From a virus (taxonomy: Duplodnaviria > Caudoviricetes), in the IMG/VR virus record IMGVR_UViG_3300032431_000007, positions 1,506-65,505 of that record: a stretch of DNA of 64,000 nucleotides; one strand, given 5' to 3'. Position numbers and translations under genes: made by a program. Shown piece after piece: positions 20,866-30,765 of the stretch. Under the pieces are notes generated by a model that was not told the origin of the DNA, did not search any database, and saw nothing but the letters and a program-made list of their open reading frames with translations. The stretch's first letter is position 1. Each line of letters begins with the position of its first letter.

Positions 20866-21251
20866 TTAACCCACCTTCCCAGCGATCCTGAAAGTGCCCG
20901 ACCTTCACGAAGTGCATTATGGGACATTTTACGCCGTGCCATATGTTTAGTGCCCGTCCGAAGCCAACGAGAGTAAGGCATGTTAGTTCCAATTTGGGCT
21001 TCATTAAGCGTGCTGTGAGCCCGCATTGATGCAATCAAGCGCCCTGTTTCAACAGCGGGGTATTCGCCCCGTGCCGATGCTTGATGATACCTCCCGCTCC
21101 GATAGTATATTTTGCCCGAGTGACCGCCGCGCATACCGCGCTTAAAGACGCGCTCCGAGTTCTGGGCGACTCGCGCTAACCAGAAGGCAACTACCCGCAA
21201 GTCTTTTCTTGCAAAGAAGATTCCCCAAGGTCTGAAGATTAGCCGGATCAC
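20853..21251 (-). CDS. HK97 gp10-like neck protein
   Basis: HQASARGEYPAVETGRLIAS…GTKHMARR. Confidence 0.75.
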   Translation of the reverse strand: MIRLIFRPWGIFFARKDLRVVAFWLARVAQNSERVFKRGMRGGHSGKIYYRSGRYHQASARGEYPAVETGRLIASMRAHSTLNEAQIGTNMPYSRWLRTGTKHMARRKMSHNALREGRALSGSLGRWVKWQR

Positions 21252-21679
21252 AACCGAACTCCAGTAGGTAGGCCAACAGCCGGGCCGTTACTCGGTGCGA
21301 CAATATCATCGCCGCGCTCAACAAGGCGACAGTCAAAGATCAGATACTCAAAGTCTTTATTTTCGGTCTGGGTAATTTTAAGTATCTTAAACCACCGCGC
21401 AGAACTTTTCAGACGAGCTTCATAAATCCAAGCCATTACGCTTACGTTCAGATTATATTGATACCGAATTTTTATCCGGTGCGTCAATATCGACCGCGCT
21501 TCGTTCATCGCGGCGCCGTTAGGGCTAAACGCTGACGCCCGAACAGGCAAGACCTCTGCCCAAAAACTTGCTGCTTCTTTGCGAGCCAATCTAAACTCGC
21601 TCGGCGACACGACAACATCTTCCTGTCGGCAAAGCGTAATCCGGTGCTTTAGCGTAGCAAGACTCTTTTTATATAGCAT
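21248..21679 (-). CDS. head closure protein
   Basis: LKHRITL…FWAEV…THRIKIRY (SPP1 gp16-like). Confidence 0.8.
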   Translation of the reverse strand: MLYKKSLATLKHRITLCRQEDVVVSPSEFRLARKEAASFWAEVLPVRASAFSPNGAAMNEARSILTHRIKIRYQYNLNVSVMAWIYEARLKSSARWFKILKITQTENKDFEYLIFDCRLVERGDDIVAPSNGPAVGLPTGVRL

Positions 21680-22352
21680 GGTCCACCGCGCTCCGCCAAA
21701 TGTCGATGGCACCGGAGGCCAGCGCCGGGTTAGCGGCCTCTGTGATGCTAACTCCGCGGTTGTTTGGTGAACCAGAGGGAGTTACCGCGATAACGACATC
21801 ACCCGGATTTTCGATTACATGCGTTATATATTTCAACGCGCCAAGAGCAATAGCCGCTGGAATATCATTTTCGCAAGAAAATCCAGCCGTATACTGAAGC
21901 ATGGGCTGGCTTGGTTGCTTGCAAGGATTGCAGCATCCTGCCCCGAAATCGCCGGGATGATTAGTCAGGCGCACCGTTCTGGAACCCACGGCTACCGGAA
22001 CTTGCTCGATTCCGCGCGACGTGTCGCCATAAAGATAGGCAAAGGGCTGAGCAAACGGATACTTTGCTGTGTGCTCGAAAAAGTAGTTGGCGCTGTTCCA
22101 AAAGCTGCCGGGGTAGGTTACGAGTTCTTGCATTACGCGCTGTCCGGTAAAAAACATTCCCGTATACTTCTCAGCGGCCTGTATCGCAGCGCGGCGATAC
22201 AGTTGAAGTTGAGCGTCTGATACCGAAATTATGTCGTCGGTTTTTGTATGCTCGCGAACAAGGTCCAGAGACAAAATTTGCTCTAGATCAAAAGAAACTC
22301 CAGTCATTTCCCGCAGCTTATCCACCGGGCGAGAGGCGATTTCTTTTAGCAT
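21669..22352 (-). CDS. head-tail connector (gp6-like)
   Basis: LSLDLVREH…AAEKYTG…YTAGF…IPAAI. Confidence 0.8.
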   Translation of the reverse strand: MLKEIASRPVDKLREMTGVSFDLEQILSLDLVREHTKTDDIISVSDAQLQLYRRAAIQAAEKYTGMFFTGQRVMQELVTYPGSFWNSANYFFEHTAKYPFAQPFAYLYGDTSRGIEQVPVAVGSRTVRLTNHPGDFGAGCCNPCKQPSQPMLQYTAGFSCENDIPAAIALGALKYITHVIENPGDVVIAVTPSGSPNNRGVSITEAANPALASGAIDIWRSAVDHAI

Positions 22353-22374
22353 AGTTATACCCCTCCGCCTAAGT

Positions 22375-23124
22375 TTAGAAGCAGGACTTACACCGAATGT
22401 CATAGCATGACAAGTGAAAAAACTGATTCCGATCACAGTCGTTTGCCGGTTGCTTTATCGTCAGCCGATACTCGTCGCAAGCGCGGCAAGAAAGCGGCAT
22501 TGTGATAGCAAAGCGAACAGTTTGAAAGTGCTGATCGGTATAGACCTTGGTGAGGTCGATGAACGGGACAAGCGCGGTATACTCACGCGGCGGCAAGCCG
22601 AGAGTCAGACCGACGCTCCAAACAACCGACCGAACAACAGAGCGCCCTTGCGCATCCGTTACTTTAACCCACGTAACGTCCCAACCTTGGAATCCGCTGT
22701 TCGGGGTATAGAGAAGGTTGGGGCTCGTGTTTCCGCCGGGCTGAGTTACCTGCCCTTTATATGGACCCCAAAGCGGCAGAATTTCGTATGTAAAAGAATT
22801 AAGCGCGGGCGTCAAATTGGTGGCGACACTCATGTTGACCGGAGTGTTTACGGGAGTATTAGGCGCCTGATAATTGGTGTTCTGTGGCGGCGCGAAGCCA
22901 TCAATCGGCCCGGTCGGGCAATTCTCATCATTCAGCTTAATGTCGAACTGAAACGTTGGAACGATGCCAGGAAATCCGATAGGGACAGACCACGGCGCGT
23001 AATTTACCGTCACGAGGTTTGTTTCACCCGGACGGAGGCTAAGCGCAACGCAGCAACAAGTTCCGCACAAGTTGCCATTGGCTCCGGAAATACCGTCCCG
23101 AGCCTCGGCAGTGAAGTAAAGCAT
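22375..23124 (-). CDS. Cys-rich virion protein with an Ig/cadherin-like insert (collar-like)
   Basis: CGTCCC and CRACD termini; YTPNSGFQGWD…VTDAQG Ig-like motif. Confidence 0.65.
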   Translation of the reverse strand: MLYFTAEARDGISGANGNLCGTCCCVALSLRPGETNLVTVNYAPWSVPIGFPGIVPTFQFDIKLNDENCPTGPIDGFAPPQNTNYQAPNTPVNTPVNMSVATNLTPALNSFTYEILPLWGPYKGQVTQPGGNTSPNLLYTPNSGFQGWDVTWVKVTDAQGRSVVRSVVWSVGLTLGLPPREYTALVPFIDLTKVYTDQHFQTVRFAITMPLSCRACDEYRLTIKQPANDCDRNQFFHLSCYDIRCKSCF

Positions 23125-23284
23125 GATCGGTGGCCTCCGGTTGTAGGTGGCCCTGCCCGAAGGCAGGGCTAGTTAATCTAGGCGCGCTTACTCTACGGCG
23201 TGCAAATGAAGCACGGCGCGCTAACGCGAACGACAGCGGGGTTTACCGGACAGGCCGGTCGACAGGTCAGGCGAGACATCGAGG

Positions 23285-23794
23285 TTATCCTTTCTTTTCA
23301 GGAACGTCGTTGCCGAATGGCTCGGACGATGACAGCGTGTCATTGAGTTGCCCCGTAAGCCACGGCGCGGCAGTCTGCGAAGGATCAGGCGCGGGCTTGG
23401 CAGGCTTGGCAGGGGCAGGGGCAGGGGCAGGGGCAGCAGGCTTGACCGGGGCAGCAGGCGCAGGCACAGGGACAGGGACCGGGGCAGGCGCAGGCGCAGG
23501 GGCAGGCGCAGGGGCCAAGGTTTCGTTTGCCCACTGGATTTCTTCATCAGTCGGCCAACGCGCGTAGTTCATATGGATCAGGCCGCTTGCAATATCGGAA
23601 TCGAAAAGACACAGCTTATCCGATTCATTCCACTCGATACGCATTTCAGGCTTTATGATATTTGGCCGATAAGTAAAAAACTTAACATTTTCAATAACGC
23701 CGGTAAAATACTTCATTGTTACCGCAAAGTCACCGTCCAAAGATTCGACGGCACCATCCGAGCGCCGATAAACGTAGGGCATTGAACTTTCCAT
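23285..23794 (-). CDS. hypothetical protein with a Pro-Ala repeat linker
   Basis: (PA)n tract at about 23400-23515. Confidence 0.6.
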   Translation of the reverse strand: MESSMPYVYRRSDGAVESLDGDFAVTMKYFTGVIENVKFFTYRPNIIKPEMRIEWNESDKLCLFDSDIASGLIHMNYARWPTDEEIQWANETLAPAPAPAPAPAPVPVPVPAPAAPVKPAAPAPAPAPAKPAKPAPDPSQTAAPWLTGQLNDTLSSSEPFGNDVPEKKG

Positions 23795-24119
23795 TAATTC
23801 TTATCTTCCCTTTTACGAGCGGATCGCCTTTAACGTCCACTTCCTGCATGAAGTAAAACTTACAATCTTCGTCAGCGACTATCTCCAGCTCACGCGCGGG
23901 GATTTGTAGACTAAGGCGAAGAGTAGTAGCGGCCAGCATTCTTGGCTCCTTGCTTACGAGTTGTACCTTGGCTATCGGCGTGAACGGCGACGGTTGATAA
24001 TCGCCAACAGCTGAGTATACTTCACAGAAAGCAACTTTCATGCCTTTTCGGAGTGAGGCGGTAAAGCGCACCGTCTGGCCACGGCGCGCTTTAAGAGGCC
24101 CTGCTATTAGGTTCCTCAT
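23730..24119 (-). CDS. hypothetical head-region protein
   Basis: ATG 2 nt after the upstream stop. Confidence 0.55.
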   Translation of the reverse strand: MRNLIAGPLKARRGQTVRFTASLRKGMKVAFCEVYSAVGDYQPSPFTPIAKVQLVSKEPRMLAATTLRLSLQIPARELEIVADEDCKFYFMQEVDVKGDPLVKGKIRINGKFNALRLSALGWCRRIFGR

Positions 24120-24120
24120 C

Positions 24121-24528
24121 TTAGTTGCGCGGGCCTTGGCGAACAAGCATCGCGCGGACGTTCGGGGTCGAACCGGATACCGCTACAAGCCGAACAAAGG
24201 CATCCGGGCGGCACGGGATCGTAGCCGAACAGATAGAACCAACCGGAGTGCCAGCCGGAATCGTAACGGTGGCCAGCGCGCCGGGGAGCAGGTTTTCGTC
24301 GCACATGGGAACGGCAAGAACGTCAACGAAAGTTCCGGGCAGGCAATTGTTTGCCGGAGACGGCGGAGCCGCTTGAACACGGAACACCGCATCGACTGCG
24401 ATAACGCCCGCGATCTGGAAAGACCAGCCGAAGCGAATAAACGGGCGAATGTCAGCCGAAAAAGCAACAGTTCCATCCCAAGCGATGCTCGGGACGTTTT
24501 GGATTGCGGGATTACTTTGAACAGGCAT
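24121..24528 (-). CDS. minor capsid / decoration protein
   Basis: 135 aa, beta-rich with four Cys, directly after the major capsid gene. Confidence 0.65.
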   Translation of the reverse strand: MPVQSNPAIQNVPSIAWDGTVAFSADIRPFIRFGWSFQIAGVIAVDAVFRVQAAPPSPANNCLPGTFVDVLAVPMCDENLLPGALATVTIPAGTPVGSICSATIPCRPDAFVRLVAVSGSTPNVRAMLVRQGPRN

Positions 24529-24559
24529 CTTGGTTCTCCATTAGGAGGGTTGATAGGAA

Positions 24560-24581
24560 GCGGGGAGACTTATCTCCCCGC
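24560..24581 (-). terminator. stem-loop after the major capsid gene
   Basis: GCGGGGAGA-CTTA-TCTCCCCGC. Confidence 0.55.
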
Positions 24582-24609
24582 GCGTCATCACGGAGTTACC
24601 CGAGATTGT

Positions 24610-26040
24610 TTACGGGCCGGAGACCAGCGTCCGAGCCGCAGGGCAGCACATAACAAAGCCGCCGTCTTTCGCGCCGAACTGGTACTTGACGCACCAAGCG
24701 GTGGAGCCGCCTTCGTACTGTTCCATGAACATGGGGCGGTGATTGACTGCCGCGTAAGCCATCGGCCACACGCCCGCCGCCATGATGAACGAACCAGCCG
24801 CAAACGGAGCAAGGGTCGAGCCCAAAGTTCCGCCGTTAGTTGGGTCAGGCAGACAGTTAGAGATTCGCACACGGTCGCGAACATCGCTCGGGCCAAAGCC
24901 CATCAGACCATCGCCGAACAAGAACCGACCCGAGTTGTCCACCATCGAAGCAAAGTAAGCGAACGTGTTCTGGTGCATGATAGCGGTAACGTCACCATAC
25001 TCCACAGGGGCTGAGGCCATAAACTGACGCAGGTCGGTGTGACGTGGGTTCTGAGCAGGCGTCTTAACCTTGGTGAAACAGTCCGCAGTCAGCCAGCCCA
25101 ACGGTTCGTTAATGCCGTCGCCAGTGATGAGCGCCGCGTTCCGGTTGATCCGGTAGGACCGAGCGGCTGCGCGCATCATAAAGCCGAGAAAGTCGTAGTT
25201 GGCTTCACGAAGCGTATCACGCTGGAAACAGAAGACGCCGCGATAGTCGTAGGTATTACCGTTCAGCCACCGAATGTTACCTTCGGGGCCATACTCGGCG
25301 TCGCACTTCGCATCGCAGTCATACTTGCCGATGTCACCATACGATTCGACACGCGGATACATGAACGTCGAGCGCGAAACATTGACCGTCTCGTAAAGAT
25401 CGAGCAACGAGGCGCATTCGATGTTACAGTCAACTTCAATCCCGAGCATCTCAGGCGAGAAGAAAGCCGCGTCCAGCGAAGCGGCATCGAACGCTTTGCG
25501 CTCACCGTCGGTAAAGTCGCGCACGATCTTGGACTTCGTTTCCAGGCCGACTTTCATCAGCTTGCGGACCGCCGAACGATAGTCGGCAGGATTCACCAAG
25601 TTGTCGAGGTCTTCCCGAAACTCTTCACCAATACCACCTTTGAAAAGATGGGTCCGGCGCTGAAGTTCGATAGCAGCTTTGCGGTCAGAGTCAATAAGCT
25701 CGCCGCCGCCCTTGTAGAGAGGACTGTCCATGTTCTTCTTGATCGAGTCGATAGCCGCTTCACACGCTTGCAGCTTTGCCAGCGCATCGGCGGCCTCCGT
25801 TGCCGCCTTGTTGATCTTGGAAGCGGTCTCGCCATCGGGCGCAACGCCATTAGACAGCTTCGACTTCAGGCTGGTTAACTCGATAGCTTGCGCGTCAAAG
25901 TTGCCCTTGAACGTCTTCATCAACGCTACGGCATCGCCGAGGTCTTTGGTCAGAGCTTCAACAGCAGCATCTTGCTGAAGACGATCGCCCGGAGCATCCT
26001 TCTTCAGGAAAGCGCCGATCTTAAGTTCTTGCTTACGCAT
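24610..26040 (-). CDS. major capsid protein (HK97 fold)
   Basis: Coiled-coil delta domain; ALITGDGINEPLG, DNSGRFLF. Confidence 0.92.
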   Translation of the reverse strand: MRKQELKIGAFLKKDAPGDRLQQDAAVEALTKDLGDAVALMKTFKGNFDAQAIELTSLKSKLSNGVAPDGETASKINKAATEAADALAKLQACEAAIDSIKKNMDSPLYKGGGELIDSDRKAAIELQRRTHLFKGGIGEEFREDLDNLVNPADYRSAVRKLMKVGLETKSKIVRDFTDGERKAFDAASLDAAFFSPEMLGIEVDCNIECASLLDLYETVNVSRSTFMYPRVESYGDIGKYDCDAKCDAEYGPEGNIRWLNGNTYDYRGVFCFQRDTLREANYDFLGFMMRAAARSYRINRNAALITGDGINEPLGWLTADCFTKVKTPAQNPRHTDLRQFMASAPVEYGDVTAIMHQNTFAYFASMVDNSGRFLFGDGLMGFGPSDVRDRVRISNCLPDPTNGGTLGSTLAPFAAGSFIMAAGVWPMAYAAVNHRPMFMEQYEGGSTAWCVKYQFGAKDGGFVMCCPAARTLVSGP

Positions 26041-26061
26041 GGTTAATCTCCGAGTGCGTGG

Positions 26062-26838
26062 TTAAAACAGGCCCTTCAAATCACCGATCAAGGTGGACAG
26101 AGCTGCAATTTTTTCTTTCGCCACAAGGGCGGGACGCTCCGCAACCGGCTCGAACAGCTTGTAGTTCAGCTTGACCGCACGGGTCAAGCGCGCTGCCGCG
26201 TTTCGGCTTTTGACGAGCCCATCGGCGACCAGCGCCTTTTCGAGCTCTGCCATCGTTGAGTAAATGCCATCGTCGGGCATCTCCTTCATGTAGGTCATAA
26301 CGGCCTCGGGGTTGCCCGGGAACGGCACGATAGAGACTTCTTCCAGCTCGCCCTTGTTGATCTGGAGATATTCTTCTTTGTTGGCATCAATCTTAAACTC
26401 GTACTCTTCAAGATAGAAGCCAACGGAGAAGCTAAACCCTCCGACCATCATTGCCGCTTCGTAAGCATCGCGGACGTAGCTGATTTTCATGTTCAGTTCG
26501 GATTCGATCCAAAGGCTTTGGCCCCTTGTCTCAAGAACCCGGATAGCTCCGGCTACGCGGTCGCGGTCGTGACCGATCAACAGCTTGATGCCTTTCGGCC
26601 CCGTCAAGCCCTTGGATTGAATCGAAGCGTTAAACGCGCCGGGCACAACGACATGCCGGTAAAGGTCCAGATCAGGAGTTGACGCCCATCCTGCGACATA
26701 GCCTTCCGGCAGCGTGTCGCCGATTGCCTTGATAGCGAGAACAGCCTGAATTTCGTCGGCGCTCGCAGGAACATACTTGAGGTCCAGCCTTTGGCGACGG
26801 GCTGGAGCTTCTTTCTTAAACAGCCGTCTGCTGGTCAT
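26062..26838 (-). CDS. HK97-family prohead protease
   Basis: GWAST…GAF…LLIGHD…FSVGF…LEEVSIVPFPGN. Confidence 0.92.
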   Translation of the reverse strand: MTSRRLFKKEAPARRQRLDLKYVPASADEIQAVLAIKAIGDTLPEGYVAGWASTPDLDLYRHVVVPGAFNASIQSKGLTGPKGIKLLIGHDRDRVAGAIRVLETRGQSLWIESELNMKISYVRDAYEAAMMVGGFSFSVGFYLEEYEFKIDANKEEYLQINKGELEEVSIVPFPGNPEAVMTYMKEMPDDGIYSTMAELEKALVADGLVKSRNAAARLTRAVKLNYKLFEPVAERPALVAKEKIAALSTLIGDLKGLF

Positions 26839-28156
26839 TTGCATTTTCCTGATTTGGAGCACCACTTTCATCCGTTTCACCAGAAGCCGCCCCTTGGGCA
26901 GCGCCTGTATTAAACGGACTGGCTGGTAACTCTGTTGTCGCTTTCCATCCGAAAAGCTGACGCTTTTCATTAGTCGTAAGAAACGAAACGAACGATATAG
27001 AGCGCATGGCATTAATCCGCGCTTCGACCATTGTCGGGATAGAGTCAACATCGGCAACAATGCGAACTCCTGGAGGGCAAAGTAGCGCGCTTAGGCCCTG
27101 AAAGATCGGCTCGATATAAGCCGGTAAAACTGTATCCTGCCAAAACGACAACCGGCTATCGCCGAAGTTGCCGGTAAACTTAGCAGCATCAGAAGCGCCG
27201 ATCCCGCTAACAGCCAATGGGATTCCGAAGGCCCCGAAGATCAGCCGCGCCATATCGTCGCTCGGCACCTTGCTGTGAATGTCCGACAAGTCGTTATCCA
27301 ACTTGTGAATCTCAATGTCACCTGCATTCTGCAGAACCGGAACACTACCCGATCCTACTCCGCCGCTTACAGAATCGGCGGCCAAGTGCTTCTTCAAGGC
27401 TTCAAGCTGCGGCGCTGTCAGTGTTTTAGAGCAAGTTACCATGTATCGCACATTCGGGTGCCCGGAGGCTGACTTAATCGCGCGAATGAGAAGATGCTTA
27501 ATCACGTCAGCAGGAAGCCCAATCGCGCGGAGCGGGCTAATAACATCATCGCGGTTCTGATAACCCTTTAGACCGGGTTTCCAGATTTGCCCGACGAAGC
27601 CATCCTTGGCCCCCGGCTTCCAGGTGACGCGAGAAGGCCATTCTTTAGCCTCTACACCAAGCCCGTAGATATACGCAGATACGATACCGCGCTCGTTCAA
27701 CTTAACTTGGACCAGTTTGGACTCAAGGGGATAAATCCCCGTGGCGCGCTCTGGGTGTACGGCGCTAAACGCCAACTTGAATGCAACTCTCCCGTATCCA
27801 GCATAGTTCAGGGCCAGCCAGTAGCGAAGTTGCGCAGCGGTCAGATCAGGATTAGGATGATCTAGCAGACTTTGAATTTCTGTGATAACGCGCGATTTGC
27901 CCGCTCTGTCCGAAGCTGGAGCGTAAGGATCAACTTCAGTAATCCAACGGACCTGCTGAACAGCTTCAGCAATTTTCTGCAACGCGCGGTAGATGATAGG
28001 ATGGCGGAGTGCGTTTTCCATACTAACATAATCATCAGCACGTAGAATAGCAACGCCGGTTTCACTGTTCAGGTAAAAAACGTCAGGTTGAACGGGCGCA
28101 TCAGCAATGCTCCGCTCTGGTGCCGCCTTTTGTCTAAAGAGTGTTGGAAACCGCAT
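26816..28156 (-). CDS. portal protein
   Basis: LLDHPNP, FGIP, LTTNEKR; located between terminase and protease. Confidence 0.9.
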   Translation of the reverse strand: MRFPTLFRQKAAPERSIADAPVQPDVFYLNSETGVAILRADDYVSMENALRHPIIYRALQKIAEAVQQVRWITEVDPYAPASDRAGKSRVITEIQSLLDHPNPDLTAAQLRYWLALNYAGYGRVAFKLAFSAVHPERATGIYPLESKLVQVKLNERGIVSAYIYGLGVEAKEWPSRVTWKPGAKDGFVGQIWKPGLKGYQNRDDVISPLRAIGLPADVIKHLLIRAIKSASGHPNVRYMVTCSKTLTAPQLEALKKHLAADSVSGGVGSGSVPVLQNAGDIEIHKLDNDLSDIHSKVPSDDMARLIFGAFGIPLAVSGIGASDAAKFTGNFGDSRLSFWQDTVLPAYIEPIFQGLSALLCPPGVRIVADVDSIPTMVEARINAMRSISFVSFLTTNEKRQLFGWKATTELPASPFNTGAAQGAASGETDESGAPNQENANDQQTAV

Positions 28157-28165
28157 CTCAAGCCC

Positions 28166-29386
28166 CTAAATGTAAAGCACGTCTTGCTCATCTTGAGCAT
28201 GAGAGGTTAGCGATTCCTCTTCAACCGCGTATCGAATTGCGTCAATACAGTGGTCAACTTGTCCGGGAGCAGGAAGCGGAAGCGGTTTACCGTTTGGGTC
28301 GGTGTGCCATTTATAGTCTCGGACCTCTTCAGCAGTTATTGGACAATCCGGCGAAATAACAAGCTCCATGCCCTGAAGCCAGTTAATGCCGTTTTTGATA
28401 GAACCCGCGCCCTTACGAGCGGAAAATACGCTAAACCCACAAGACTGCAAAAACTCGATAGTTTCTGGTCTTGCGCTATCCGCTGTAATTGGCCAGTCGC
28501 GGGCCTCCGGTATTCCGTCCATCAGCGCCGGGAGGTCGCGGTTTGGAACCTTGTAGCCCACAGCTTCGTTGGCGATGTAAACGATGCCTTCCTCTTGCAG
28601 CACGTAGAGCTTGATAGTTACGTTCGGGTCTGCCGAGTAGCCAAAATCCATTCCAAAACGCGGGCGGGCTTTGCCGGGGTCGATCCTTCCGACTCGCCAG
28701 TTGTCGAAGATTGCAACGTCTGGGTTTTCATCGTAGCCGCCTTCCCAAATGTGAACGTGACGCTTTGGGGACTTAAGTGAACGACGATACTCAGACGGCA
28801 TACGCGTTTGCATAAAGAACGGATTGTCGCGCCAGCTTACTTTCCTTACGTAGGCATTTTCAGGGACAGCGGCGCCACGAAACAGGTTGTCAACCGGATC
28901 GGTGCGGTATCGCGGATTCCAAGACCAGATCAGACGAGACCCTGTTGAACGAATAGTCGGGATTATGACCTCGACCGACCGCGCCGTAAAAGTATGCGCC
29001 TCTTCACCCCAAAAGATCGTAGCACCCTCAAGCGACTTCGCGCTGTCCGGGTTACGATCCATGCCGATAAACGACAACCGGGAGCCGGTCACTAGGTTGA
29101 CGATTTCGCGTTCAGTCGAGTTAAAGTGCGCACTCATCCCCATAGCTTTAATCTTGATTTCGAGCAACTCTTTAACAGAGTCTCTGATCGAGATTTGAAA
29201 CTGCCGCCCGCAAACGATCCGCTCTTGTGAGCGGGAGGCTTGTGCAATAAGCGCTTCAGCAACGCTGTGCGATTTACCGCCGCCCCGACCTCCAAAAAAC
29301 GCATAATGCTCAACAGCCCGCCGCGTTTCTGGAAATACGCCGGTCCAAAGAGGCAGAAACGCTTCAGGGATTTGCAGGTTGCTCAT
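28166..29386 (-). CDS. terL: terminase large subunit (PBSX-like)
   Basis: GGRGGGKS Walker A, WGEEA, GMDFGY, DSARP, DHCIDAIRYA. Confidence 0.95.
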   Translation of the reverse strand: MSNLQIPEAFLPLWTGVFPETRRAVEHYAFFGGRGGGKSHSVAEALIAQASRSQERIVCGRQFQISIRDSVKELLEIKIKAMGMSAHFNSTEREIVNLVTGSRLSFIGMDRNPDSAKSLEGATIFWGEEAHTFTARSVEVIIPTIRSTGSRLIWSWNPRYRTDPVDNLFRGAAVPENAYVRKVSWRDNPFFMQTRMPSEYRRSLKSPKRHVHIWEGGYDENPDVAIFDNWRVGRIDPGKARPRFGMDFGYSADPNVTIKLYVLQEEGIVYIANEAVGYKVPNRDLPALMDGIPEARDWPITADSARPETIEFLQSCGFSVFSARKGAGSIKNGINWLQGMELVISPDCPITAEEVRDYKWHTDPNGKPLPLPAPGQVDHCIDAIRYAVEEESLTSHAQDEQDVLYI

Positions 29387-29544
29387 TACACCGTCTTGCG
29401 CGTCACCGGAGCAGTCGGAGCGCCGCGCATCGTTGCGCTCTGATACGTCTGAGCCTTAGCTAGACTGTCGCCGCCTGTTGGAGCCACTACCCGGCTACTG
29501 GTAGGCGGTCGCGCCACCGACTTGTTTCCGCATCCACAGCCCAT
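29386..29544 (-). CDS. 52-aa MGCGCG protein (putative capsid linker)
   Basis: Not in the ORF track; AGGAGAG RBS; MGCGCGNKSVARPP…RKTV; TAATG overlap with terL. Confidence 0.65.
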   Translation of the reverse strand: MGCGCGNKSVARPPTSSRVVAPTGGDSLAKAQTYQSATMRGAPTAPVTRKTV

Positions 29545-29585
29545 GATTCTCTCCTGCGAAGTTGTTACTGGCCTATCAGTCTAGC

Positions 29586-29861
29586 CTAGACTATTGCGCT
29601 TAGCAAGGCCCCGATTGCTATTCCGACCACAAAGCCGACGATTAGCCCCCGGAACGTCAAGCAGCACGGGCAAGAAGTCCAAAGATACCCGGTCATTCGG
29701 CTTGTCCAATGCTCGGGAGTAGAGCACCAAGGCGGGACCAATCGTTCACTAAAGTAGGCCATAGCGTTTGACAGCCAGTTGTCTTCCCAGTCAACCGTCT
29801 CGTCGTGTTCGTCTGGCCAGTCCGGCCAGTTAGGCCGGTACGTGAAGGGGTTAACCATCAA
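29586..29861 (-). CDS. hypothetical membrane protein
   Basis: CPCC followed by a C-terminal TM segment. Confidence 0.6.
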   Translation of the reverse strand: MMVNPFTYRPNWPDWPDEHDETVDWEDNWLSNAMAYFSERLVPPWCSTPEHWTSRMTGYLWTSCPCCLTFRGLIVGFVVGIAIGALLSAIV

Positions 29862-30255
29862 TCAGCTCCGGAGCGTGCTGGACCCCGACTGCACAGAGGA
29901 CTGCCTTAGGAGTAAGACACTGCGCAGCTTCTTCTGCTGAGATAATACCGAACCAGACAGGCGGATGGTTGTCTCCCGGAATTGAAATTATGCAGCGCCC
30001 GCCCTTGTGCAAACACACGAGCTCTGCTACCGCCATCTTGCGGAGTAGAGCAGGCATCGGACCATCGGCGAACATAAACATAACGCAAAGTTGGCCACCG
30101 TTGAGCGCGTTCGCTAAGTCTTTTGGCGACAGTTCCCAAAGCGAAGTCATCATCGGGACGCCGTAGACGATTTCATCCCTTACGTGAAGCGTTAGGAATT
30201 CTTTTTGCCCTTTGGCGAGGGCGCGGGTTGCTCCGTTAATCCTGAGCGGTATCAT
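29851..30255 (-). CDS. hypothetical protein
   Basis: LHVRD…SLWELSP…HPPV; overlaps both neighbours. Confidence 0.65.
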   Translation of the reverse strand: MIPLRINGATRALAKGQKEFLTLHVRDEIVYGVPMMTSLWELSPKDLANALNGGQLCVMFMFADGPMPALLRKMAVAELVCLHKGGRCIISIPGDNHPPVWFGIISAEEAAQCLTPKAVLCAVGVQHAPELIDG

Positions 30256-30632
30256 TATTGACCTCCTGCGGAAGGGTTTACCTCGTAGTTCATCTTGACG
30301 ATATGGCGCTCTACGAGAAGCGACATTAAACGATCATGCTGCGTCTGTAGAGCGGAATGGGACGCCTTTATGAGCGCCAACTCCTGCTCTAAGTCTAGCA
30401 CGCGATTGCGGAGCTTTTCTTCTTCGAAACGCTCGCCGAACAGTCGGGGCAGGGCGGTAGCTGCCGAGGACATAAGTCCGCCTATAAGAAGAAGTATGAT
30501 GTTCTCACTCGCCGTAGGAAGCGGGACGTATGTCAAGAAGACAACGAGCCCGAATATTGCGGTAAGAAACAAGAAGGCAGCCCATTTTTCGAAGAGATTG
30601 GCGGTCATAAGATTATCCTCGTTCTGTATCAT
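30255..30632 (-). CDS. two-TM plus coiled-coil membrane protein
   Basis: Hydrophobicity pattern. Confidence 0.6.
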   Translation of the reverse strand: MIQNEDNLMTANLFEKWAAFLFLTAIFGLVVFLTYVPLPTASENIILLLIGGLMSSAATALPRLFGERFEEEKLRNRVLDLEQELALIKASHSALQTQHDRLMSLLVERHIVKMNYEVNPSAGGQ

Positions 30633-30765
30633 GAATAACTTAGACTCCAGAACGAGAATTAACTCGCGCCCCTCGGCAGTCTTGTTTCGGCTCAGTCAGG
30701 GGCGAGACCGGCTCTCCACGGTCTCGCACTTACTTGCACGCTCAAAACTGCGCGGATACTTAACT

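Noticed and set aside
24040-25878. Plus-strand 324- and 279-aa ORFs
   Set aside because: Antisense to the strongly codon-biased major capsid gene.
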